From positions 1-54,846 of the forward strand of contig CAYFUG010000006.1 of NCBI GenBank assembly GCA_964346295.1: DNA of 54,846 nt, in the 5' to 3' direction. A model generated the notes under the pieces. It ran no database searches, was not told where the DNA came from, and was given only the letters and a program-made list of their open reading frames with translations. A program made the position numbers and the translations under genes. This document shows, piece by piece, positions 9,754-17,600 of this stretch (position 1 is its first letter; each line of letters opens with the position of its first letter). Source of the stretch: an uncultured Bdellovibrionales bacterium (GTDB lineage Bacteria > Patescibacteriota > Minisyncoccia > Moranbacterales > DUUL01).

Positions 9754-10755
9754 ATGACAGAAGAGAGACTTTTGAAAATTCATGAAAAGTTTCAAACTCC
9801 ATGGAAGCTAATTTTAGCTTCTTTAAAGAAGGAAGCTAAAATTGATGCTGAAAAAGGCGTAAGAATTGTAGCAGGAGAAGCGAACGAGGTTTATAAGGTA
9901 TTTGCTACTCAAGGAATCTTTATTTTAAGGATTGCTTCTTTGAAAGAGGCTGATTTTACTAGAGAACAGTGGGCCAAAGATAGGTGTCAAGAAAAAGGTG
10001 TCCCAATAGCGCCCACCGTTTGTATTTCTGAATTGGAGGATTCAGGGAAAAGAAAAAAATACATGTTAGAGAAATATATAGCAGGTCAACCGGTAGCGCC
10101 TGCGCTTTGGAATGAGGGTGTTGAAAAATGGAAAAATACGATAAGAGAAGCAGGACGGTATTTGAGCCGGATTCATTCTATTTCAACTCATGGATTTGGT
10201 TATATTAACGGAAAAGGAGAGGGAGAAATTTCCACTTTTGAAGATTGGATAAAGAAGGAGAAGATAAATGATTCAGTGGAAAGAGACTTTTTAAGAATTT
10301 CTCACGAACATGGTCTTAGCAGGGAAGATGAACAAGCTGTAGTTGGGGTGGTGAAGGTAATTCAAAATAATTTGCTTTCCTATCCTCCTAAAAAAGCTTG
10401 TTTGCTACATGCTGATTTTGGCCCTAAGCACTGGATTGTAGATGAGGAGCTGAAAATTAGAGCAGTTTTAGATTTTGGAGAATGCGAAGGTGGTGATCCA
10501 GTAAAGGATTTTTCCAGATTGAATTTTTGGAATCGTGATTCCTTGCCATTGAATATTTTGAAAGAGGGCTATGTGGACAAGGCCTTATTTGAAGGAGACT
10601 TTGAGATGAAATTCGAGCTCTATCGACTAATGCAGGGGATGGACTTGGTCTGGTATTACGGAAGAGAATCAACGGATAAAAAGATGTTTATGGGGGTGAT
10701 AGAAAAGATCAAAAAAGATTTGAAATCTTTTGAGAGAGTGAAGGCGGGGGCTTAG
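9754..10755 (+). CDS. Aminoglycoside-phosphotransferase-fold (APH/choline-kinase-like) kinase
   Basis: Brenner-like catalytic loop LLHADFGPKHW and DFG-type motif LDFGECEGGDPVKDF. Starts 10 nt after the clpB stop. Confidence 0.7.
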   Translation: MTEERLLKIHEKFQTPWKLILASLKKEAKIDAEKGVRIVAGEANEVYKVFATQGIFILRIASLKEADFTREQWAKDRCQEKGVPIAPTVCISELEDSGKRKKYMLEKYIAGQPVAPALWNEGVEKWKNTIREAGRYLSRIHSISTHGFGYINGKGEGEISTFEDWIKKEKINDSVERDFLRISHEHGLSREDEQAVVGVVKVIQNNLLSYPPKKACLLHADFGPKHWIVDEELKIRAVLDFGECEGGDPVKDFSRLNFWNRDSLPLNILKEGYVDKALFEGDFEMKFELYRLMQGMDLVWYYGRESTDKKMFMGVIEKIKKDLKSFERVKAGA

Positions 10756-11921
10756 CTCCGCACAAACAAGCCACCACCGATGTTGCGAGCAGCTCCTTGC
10801 AGTTCTAGCATGGAGAGTCGGCCACTGATTTGAGCAGAGTCGGTTTTAATTTTGCCGGCTAACTTGCGGTTGAGTTGATCAATAGTGAGAGGGTCAAAAG
10901 AGAGCGCCTGGTAGATTTGTTTTTCCAGAGGGTCGGTGAATTGAAACTGCTTCTCGGGGGCGGTTGAGGGATCTGAAGAGTTAAAGAGGCTGGCTTGGCC
11001 AGGGTTGTTTCCGTTAGGTGCTTGAGAGGGCAAAGCGAAGTGGAAGGCCTCTAAAATCTCTCGAGCTTGGGTAACAGGGCGAGCCCCTTGGGCAATTAAG
11101 CGGTGAGTGCCCACTGATTTAGGCGAGAAGATGCTACCGGGCACAGCAAAAACTTCTCGATTTTCTTCCAAAGCTTCTTGGGCGGTGATGAGAGCACCAC
11201 TTTTTTCACCAGCTTCGATCACCAAAGTACCCAAGGAGAGACCGCTAATGATGCGGTTACGAGCCGGGAAAGTGTATTTAGAGGCCGGGAAAAGCGGGGG
11301 ATACTCTGAGACAATTAAGCCATTGGACTGGACAATTTCCTGCATTAAACTGCGATCAAATTGGCCACGAGCTTTTTCTAAAATTCCGCAACCCAAAACC
11401 GCAATAGTGGGAATTTGGCTTTTAAGGGCCAGTTTATGGGCGATGGTGTCGATACCTTGAGCGAGGCCACTGGTGACAACTAATCCGCTTCCAGAAAGAC
11501 CAGGGATGATTTTTTCTACCACCATTTTGCCGTAGGCGGTGAAGGCCCGAGTACCCACTACCGCCAGTTGTTTTTGCTTCAGGAGTTCCAAATTGCCTTT
11601 GCAAAAAAGGGCAAAAGGAGCATCCTTGAGCTCCTTGAGTAGCTCTGGGTATTCTGGAGAGTTTTGAGAGAGCAGGTGGATCTGGTGTTTTTCTAAAAGA
11701 GCCCGTTCTTTTTTTAGTCTTTCCGGAGTGATTTGGGGCCGTTTTTCCAAGATAAGATCGGCGGTTTTTTCTTTTAGACCAGCGGCTAACAATTCCCTTC
11801 GGTTGGCTTGCCAAGCTTTTTCTAGTGAATCAAAATGGCGCTTAATTTTAGCAAAGCGGCGAGGGGTAATGTGAGGGAGAAGGGAGAATCGAAGTAGATG
11901 AGGATCGATTTGATTGTTCAT
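10752..11921 (-). CDS. dprA: DNA-processing protein DprA/Smf
   Basis: 389 aa with the Rossmann-like DprA core motifs (VVGTRAFTAYG, SGLAQGIDTIAHKLAL, GALITAQEALE) and a C-terminal winged-helix-like tail. Confidence 0.9.
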   Translation of the reverse strand: MNNQIDPHLLRFSLLPHITPRRFAKIKRHFDSLEKAWQANRRELLAAGLKEKTADLILEKRPQITPERLKKERALLEKHQIHLLSQNSPEYPELLKELKDAPFALFCKGNLELLKQKQLAVVGTRAFTAYGKMVVEKIIPGLSGSGLVVTSGLAQGIDTIAHKLALKSQIPTIAVLGCGILEKARGQFDRSLMQEIVQSNGLIVSEYPPLFPASKYTFPARNRIISGLSLGTLVIEAGEKSGALITAQEALEENREVFAVPGSIFSPKSVGTHRLIAQGARPVTQAREILEAFHFALPSQAPNGNNPGQASLFNSSDPSTAPEKQFQFTDPLEKQIYQALSFDPLTIDQLNRKLAGKIKTDSAQISGRLSMLELQGAARNIGGGLFVRS

Positions 11922-12052
11922 GGGAGGATTTTTTGTTGGGTAATTTTCAATTTCAAATAACTCAATTTTAAATAAACCCCCTAATGTTTTTTTTAAGATA
12001 GATTGTTAGAAGATTTTTGTCGAGTTTTAGTAATTGCGGTTTAGGAGCTTTA

Positions 12053-12080
12053 TTGACTAGATTAAAGATTTTGGTATAGT
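12053..12080 (+). promoter_or_regulatory. Promoter candidate for tRNA-Glu: TTGACT, 16-nt spacer, TGG-TATAGT
   Basis: Near-consensus -35, TG-extended -10, about 100 nt upstream of the tRNA. Confidence 0.5.
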
Positions 12081-12121
12081 TTCTTAAGTTGTCCAAGTTT
12101 TCTTTATTGGCAGAGCTAAGA

Positions 12122-12168
12122 TCCCGGATATTTCTTACAGAAATTCCGGCAGAAATCCCGGAATGACA
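12122..12168 (+). repeat. Degenerate copy of palindromic repeat family C (CCGGATATTTC ... GAAATCCCGGAATGACA)
   Basis: Shares CCGGATATTTC and CCGGAATGACA with 37363..37399, and CGGAATGACA with 44266..44275. Lies in the predicted 5' leader of tRNA-Glu. Confidence 0.5.
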
Positions 12169-12183
12169 TTTGAGTGGTAGCCT

Positions 12184-12255
12184 GGCCCCTTCGTCTAGTG
12201 GTTAGGACATCAGGTTCTCATCCTGAAAACAGGGGTTCGATTCCCCTAGGGGCTA
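12184..12255 (+). tRNA. tRNA-Glu: tRNA-Glu, anticodon CTC
   Basis: I folded the cloverleaf by hand. Acceptor GGCCCCT/AGGGGCT (one G-T pair), D-arm GTCT/GGAC, anticodon stem TCAGG/CCTGA with loop TTCTCAT, 4-nt variable loop, T-arm AGGGG-TTCGATT-CCCCT, discriminator A. No CCA is encoded. Length 72 nt. Confidence 0.9.
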
Positions 12256-12316
12256 CTGAGTTAGTTTTTAGTTTATAGTGTATAGTTTTTAGAAAGATGG
12301 ATAGTTCACTAAACTG

Positions 12317-12338
12317 GGAATCGAACCGGCAGCAGCGA
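12317..12338 (+). repeat. 22-bp direct repeat GGAATCGAACCGGCAGCAGCGA, copy 1 (partner 12985..13006)
   Basis: Exact 22/22 match by eye. The two copies bracket the orphan ORF 12450..12866. Confidence 0.85.
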
Positions 12339-12421
12339 GTGCTGAGCAAAGCGAGGGGCGAGTGCCACTGGAAGCGCCTAGCTTTCAGGGCTGCCGAGGA
12401 CAAGGAACGAAGTGACGCGAA

Positions 12422-12437
12422 ATTCCCCTAGGGGCTA
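12422..12437 (+). repeat. 16-bp duplicate of the tRNA-Glu 3' end (ATTCCCCTAGGGGCTA; original at 12240..12255)
   Basis: Exact 16/16 match 182 bp downstream of the original. This is the pattern left by att-site duplication at tRNA genes. Confidence 0.85.
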
Positions 12438-12449
12438 TATCGTATTTTC

Positions 12450-12866
12450 CTATTTCTTATATAAATGCAAGCTTAAAAACCTCTCTCTATCAATTTTAGC
12501 CATTTTCATCTCCCTTGTTTCATCGGCAAAATGCCTATGCCTTAAATCAGAAGGCATTTCAACAATCTCAAAGCCTAATTTTTGTAGTAAAGTGCCATAT
12601 GTATTGGTGGCCACTAACCATGAAGTCATTGTCACTTCTTCTATTTTTTTATTCTTACTCACAATCAATGCTAATTTTTTCATCGCATCTTCGAACATTT
12701 CAGGCAATTTATCTTTTACCTCATAAGATGTTGCTAGATGGACATGAATGACACTCCTACCAACTCCGTAGGACAATCTTTCGTTTAAAGGGGTGAAGTC
12801 ACTCTCTTTCATTTCTCTTTTTGCTTTCTCATCTTCAGACAAAAAAATTTTTTCTAAGTGGCGCAT
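12450..12866 (-). CDS. Orphan hypothetical protein (138 aa)
   Basis: The only long ORF in the repeat-bracketed segment after tRNA-Glu. No recognisable motif. The overlapping plus-strand ORFs are hydrophobic low-complexity shadows. Confidence 0.5.
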   Translation of the reverse strand: MRHLEKIFLSEDEKAKREMKESDFTPLNERLSYGVGRSVIHVHLATSYEVKDKLPEMFEDAMKKLALIVSKNKKIEEVTMTSWLVATNTYGTLLQKLGFEIVEMPSDLRHRHFADETREMKMAKIDRERFLSLHLYKK

Positions 12867-12984
12867 GGTAAGTAATTGTTTAGCTTATTAGATGTAAGAC
12901 CTTTTACATTCCTAGTATATCATGTGTTAAAGATTTTATCCTATTCCATTTGCATTGCAGAAAATCTAATATTTCAATAAATCA

Positions 12985-13006
12985 GGAATCGAACCGGCAG
13001 CAGCGA
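12985..13006 (+). repeat. 22-bp direct repeat GGAATCGAACCGGCAGCAGCGA, copy 2
   Basis: Exact match to 12317..12338. Confidence 0.85.
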
Positions 13007-13135
13007 ATAGGAGTAGTTTTATTTTTTAAAGACTATGAACTATAAGTTTAGGTAATAAAAGAGATTGGAGTTAGCAGGAAGGGGCGAGAGCCTCTTTTTT
13101 AGTAGGAATTTAGCTGGTAGCGTTTACTTTCTTTG

Positions 13136-13144
13136 TGCTATAAT
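13136..13144 (+). promoter_or_regulatory. Extended -10 element TGcTATAAT
   Basis: Consensus extended -10 lying 44 nt upstream of the ATG at 13188. No clear -35. Confidence 0.45.
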
Positions 13145-13187
13145 CTTTATACTACAATGAAACAAGTTAATCCTTAAAGCTAGTCTT

Positions 13188-14183
13188 ATGAACCAAGTTC
13201 TTTGCCCGGGGGAGTTGCTAATTGATTTTATCAGTGAAGAAAACGGCAAGAGTCTGTCGGAGGTAGCTCTCTTTGGGAAGAAGGCAGGAGGGGCGCCGGC
13301 CAATGCGGCAGCAGCGATCAATAAATTTGGCGGAAAGGCTTTGTTTGCCGGAGCAGTTGGTCGGGATGCCTTTGGTGATTTTTTGATAGATACTTTAAAG
13401 AAGTATAATTTAAGTGGGGAGCTGGTAAAGCGATCGAAGAAGAATACCACTTTGGCGTTTGTTTCCTTGGATGAAAACGGGGAGCGCTCCTTTGAGTTTA
13501 TGAGAGGGGCAGATGAAAGCCTGGATTTAGCGGATATTCCAGAAAAAGTTTCAGGAGAGACGGAAGTTTTTCATTTTGCTAGCGCTACGGCTTTCTTGGG
13601 TGGGAAACTAGAAAAGACCTGTCTCCAGTTGTTGGATCTAGCTAAGCAGAAAAGTAAGTTGATCTCTTTTGACCCTAACTATCGGGAGGCCTTATTTGAA
13701 GGACGAGAGGTGGAGTTCCGGAAAAAATCCAAGGAGTTTGTGGCGGTGGCGGATATAGTTAAAGTTAGCGAAGAAGAGGCGGAGCTACTAACTGAAAGAG
13801 CTGATCCCAAAGAAGCTGCTCAGGAGCTACTTAGGATTGGAGCTAAAAATATTTTAGTAACTCTGGGAGAACAAGGAACCTTGCTAGTAAGTAAAAATCA
13901 ACAAGAAGTCATTCCTTCTATTCAGGTAAAAATGGTGGATGCTACTGGAGCAGGAGATGCTTTTATCGGAGCTCTTCTGGGTCAATTGGCTAGTCAAAAC
14001 CAGAAGAGCTTTTTAGAAGGAGCAGGTAATTTTAACCGAGAACTCTTAAATTTTGAAAATCTTAAGGTGTTAGTGGCTCGGGCTAATGTGGCGGCGGCTT
14101 TAACTGTTACTAAAAAAGGGGCGCTGGAATCAATTCCGAGCGAGAAGGAGGTGAGGGCTAAAATGGGAAATAAGCAGTTTTAG
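13188..14183 (+). CDS. PfkB-family carbohydrate kinase (fructokinase-like)
   Basis: N-terminal GELLIDF...GGAPANAA motif and C-terminal PfkB signature VDATGAGDAFIGALL. Confidence 0.85.
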   Translation: MNQVLCPGELLIDFISEENGKSLSEVALFGKKAGGAPANAAAAINKFGGKALFAGAVGRDAFGDFLIDTLKKYNLSGELVKRSKKNTTLAFVSLDENGERSFEFMRGADESLDLADIPEKVSGETEVFHFASATAFLGGKLEKTCLQLLDLAKQKSKLISFDPNYREALFEGREVEFRKKSKEFVAVADIVKVSEEEAELLTERADPKEAAQELLRIGAKNILVTLGEQGTLLVSKNQQEVIPSIQVKMVDATGAGDAFIGALLGQLASQNQKSFLEGAGNFNRELLNFENLKVLVARANVAAALTVTKKGALESIPSEKEVRAKMGNKQF

Positions 14184-14213
14184 ACAAGTTGGTTTCTTAG
14201 ATAATTTATCAAT

Positions 14214-14480
14214 ATGAATATTTTAATCAAAATCAATCATCCCCAGGTGGTGGTTTGCTTGCGGGATTCAAGTGAAAAAGAGCGAGATCAAACAGCTTGG
14301 GAGGATCAAAACAATCTTTCGGTACGATTACTAGGGGAAATCGACGAATTATTGCGAAAAAATGATCTTTCTGTGCAAGATTTAGAGAAAGTAGAAGTAG
14401 AGACGGAAGAGAAAAGTTTTACTTCTGCCCGGATTGCCCGGGTGACGGCGGCAGGGATTAATTTTTGCCTTTTAAATTAG
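14214..14480 (+). CDS. 88-aa protein resembling only the N-terminal part of TsaB (t6A biosynthesis)
   Basis: The pattern MNILIKIN...L..I.ELL....L...DL..V.V....SFTSARIARVTAAGINF parallels the TsaB N-terminus (ILAIDTS ... GPGSFTGLRIG...A.GLA). This is a by-eye resemblance only. Confidence 0.35.
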   Translation: MNILIKINHPQVVVCLRDSSEKERDQTAWEDQNNLSVRLLGEIDELLRKNDLSVQDLEKVEVETEEKSFTSARIARVTAAGINFCLLN

Positions 14481-14607
14481 GCTTGTTTTGCTTCGTGTTA
14501 ACAATCTGTGGATAAATTTGCCTAGCGCGCTATTTTTTGCTAAACTAAACTCGTCTACTTTTTTCTAAACAAATCAAAAATAAAAACAATTTTTCTCCCT
14601 CAGTAAA

Positions 14608-17600
14608 ATGAAAACCAAAACTTTCTATACTACTTTTACCAAAGTCACTCTGGCTCTTTTTGTTACAGGGGCTGGTTTTGTTTTATCTCCTGACAAGATC
14701 CAGGCGGCTTTTTTATGTGATTCCGGTAGTTTATCTACTACGTGTTATGTTTCGTCTGTGCAAACTCTGGCAGATACGGAGACTATCTCCGGTAGTGGAA
14801 ACCTGATTATCCAAAATGGTGGAGAGCTGACTACTGCTTATAATTCTACTAATCATCACTATGATTCTTTTGTGATTGATATTTCAGGAGATTTGACGGT
14901 GCAGGATGGCGGTAAGATCACCGGTAATGTGGATATTACGGCGGATAATGTTACTATTGAGGGTGATGGTGGGAATGGTGGAGGGAGGATTGATGTGAGT
15001 TATAAAGGATATAAAGAAGGTGGGACTAGAGGGAATGGTTATGGTCCAGGTGGGGGTAGCTACGCTAAAGGCAGAGGAGGTGGTGCTGGATATGGAGGAA
15101 ATGGAGGAAATACTTATTATGGAGGAGCTGGTACTAGCTATGGAATTTTATCTGAACCTAATGATTTAGGTTCAGGTGGAGGAGCAAGTGCTAATGGCTC
15201 TGGTGGCTCAGGTGGAGGAATGATTAAGTTGGTCGTTGGAGGAACTCTAAATCTGGAAGGATCAATTTTAGCTGATGGAGAAAATGGAAATATATCTGGT
15301 GGTCGTGGTTCCGGTGGAGGATCAGGAGGAAGCATTTGGATTAATGCTGGAGAAATACAAGGAAATGGTATGATGTCAGCTGACGGAGGAAGTGGCGGAG
15401 ATACTGGTAACAATTATGCCGGAGGAGGTGGTGCTGGAGGTCGAATTGCCATTTATTTTAATAACGATAATTCTTCACTAACCAAAAAAGTTTATAGTGG
15501 AGTCAATGAAGGCTATCAATATGGGGGTTCTGGAACAATTTATGAAAAAGATAAAAGTCAATTATATGGAGATTTAATCATTGATAACAATGGTAATAGC
15601 GGAGCTATTACGCCTATTACAAGTGACATTAGTATTAATAACTATTCCCAAGGAGAAAATACTCAGGTAGATATTGAAAATGGGGTAACATTTACTTTCT
15701 ATGGCACCAATCTTGTAATACCTTATGGTGCAACTCTTAATAACTATGCTACTTTTAATGCAGCTTCATTAAGTAATGTAGAGATAAATGGAATTTTTAA
15801 TTTAAAGGGGGCGTATTCTTCTAATTGGGGTAATGTCACTATTAATAACGGAGGCATTCTTACTCACGGAGCAAATACAGATACTAAGCAATACTTTATT
15901 GATCTTACCATGGATAATCTCATTATTAATACCGGTGGTCAAATTAATGTAAGCGAAAAGGGGTATGCAGGTGGGGGTAGTCAGAAAGATGGTTATGGTC
16001 CAGGTGGGGGTAGCTACGCTATGGGCAGAGGAGGAGGTGCTGGATATGGAGGAAATGGAGGTGATGGTCGATATGGAAGAGGCGGGAGTAGTTATGGGGT
16101 CTTATCTGAACCTAATGATTTAGGTTCGGGAGGAGGAGGGAGTCATTATAGATCTGGAGGTACAGGAGGAGGAATGATTAAGTTGGTCGTTGGAGGCACT
16201 TTAAATCTGGAAGGATCAATTTTAGCTAATGGAAACAATGGAATATACTACAATAGTCGTGGTTCTGGCGGAGGCTCTGGCGGATCTGTTTGGATTGATA
16301 CTGGAACACTACAAGGAAATGGAACGATTTCTGTTAATGGAGGAATGGGTGGTGAAACGAGTGGCGGAGGCGGCTCCGGCGGCCGCCTCCGTCTCGGAGC
16401 AGTCACCAATAACTTCACCGGCACCTACACCGTAGATGGAGGTACAGGTTATCAAAACGGCGAACAAGGCACCATCTACGGCATGATGTCCAGAGTGACC
16501 AGCATAGCAGATCAAAGTGCCATCTTTGATGAATTAAATCTTACAGGTGATACAGGATCACTGCTTGGTACACCAAACAAAGTAGAAATCTTAATCACAG
16601 ATACTACTAATAACACCTACTGGAACGGAAGCAGTTGGGTAAGTACGGAGCCTGCAGATTGGCCTGATGTCAGTGGTACTTTTTCTTGGAGTTATAACGG
16701 TATTACTCAAAGTAATATGACCAACGGTCATACTTACAATATCAAGACCAAGATGACAGATGAGCATACCACAGAACAACCTACCTCCGGTGTTACTTTT
16801 TCTTATACCAACGGTATCAAAGACTACAGACCGGAAAACGGAATCACTCAGGTGGATTTACCAACTGACACAGGTCAAGTTTCCTTTCCTAATTACATCC
16901 ACACCACCATCTGGGATTCTGACCAATACACCGATCTTTCCACCTCCCTCACCAATAACGACGGCACCACCATCATTGACGGTACCACCGTAGCCAACGG
17001 CTTTCAACTCCTCACCGGCGCCACCCCTTCTGGCTTCCAAGCCACCCAATTCCAACAAGCCACCGGAGCCCCTTCTTCTTACCTGACCTTCTTTGACCAA
17101 AACCAAAACCACTCTCTCCAAATCACTGCCAATACCCGCCTCTACAGTGCTGATACCTTCAACGGAGCATATATTCCCGCCAGAGATTTGGGCACCATCC
17201 AAGTCAATGGCATAAACACCAGCGCCGCCTTCCGAGCTGGACAAGCAGGCCAGTCCCTTCTCTTCAGTGCACCAGCCAAAATCACCCTCAACTCAATCAA
17301 CGGAATCCCTTACTACTCCACTGACTCTTCCACCTGGAACCAAATCAACCAATGCGCTGATGGTTCTTCCACCACACCACCCTCCACCCTCAGCTTTCCC
17401 TCTGCTTGCTACATTCAAACTGACCAAACCTACATCTGGACTTACCACCTCACTGACTTTGGAGTAGTAGCCAACTCCTCTTTTCTAGGAGCAGCTGATT
17501 ATCTTAGTAGCACTATGGAACTTCAAACATCAGGTACCACCCACGAAATCCATTTTCAAACCGCCGAAGGTCTCACCGGAGGATCAGCCAACAACACCCT

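Noticed and set aside
12317-12338. A minus-strand tRNA fragment or pseudogene (GGTTCGATTCC-like sequence in the 22-bp repeat)
   Set aside because: The putative T-stem does not pair beyond 2 bp in either copy, and no acceptor, D or anticodon arm can be built.
12218-12726. ORFs 12218..12403 (-), 12412..12726 (+) and 12515..12751 (+)
   Set aside because: The first overlaps the tRNA-Glu gene and repeat DNA. The other two are hydrophobic shadows of the longer minus-strand ORF 12450..12866.
14990-16357. Diversity-generating retroelement (template/variable repeat) explanation for the intragenic repeats here and for the 38322/40910 duplication
   Set aside because: Mismatches between the Gly-rich modules are not confined to adenines. 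The 2.1-kb repeats have no mismatches at all, and no reverse transcriptase ORF is present in the window.
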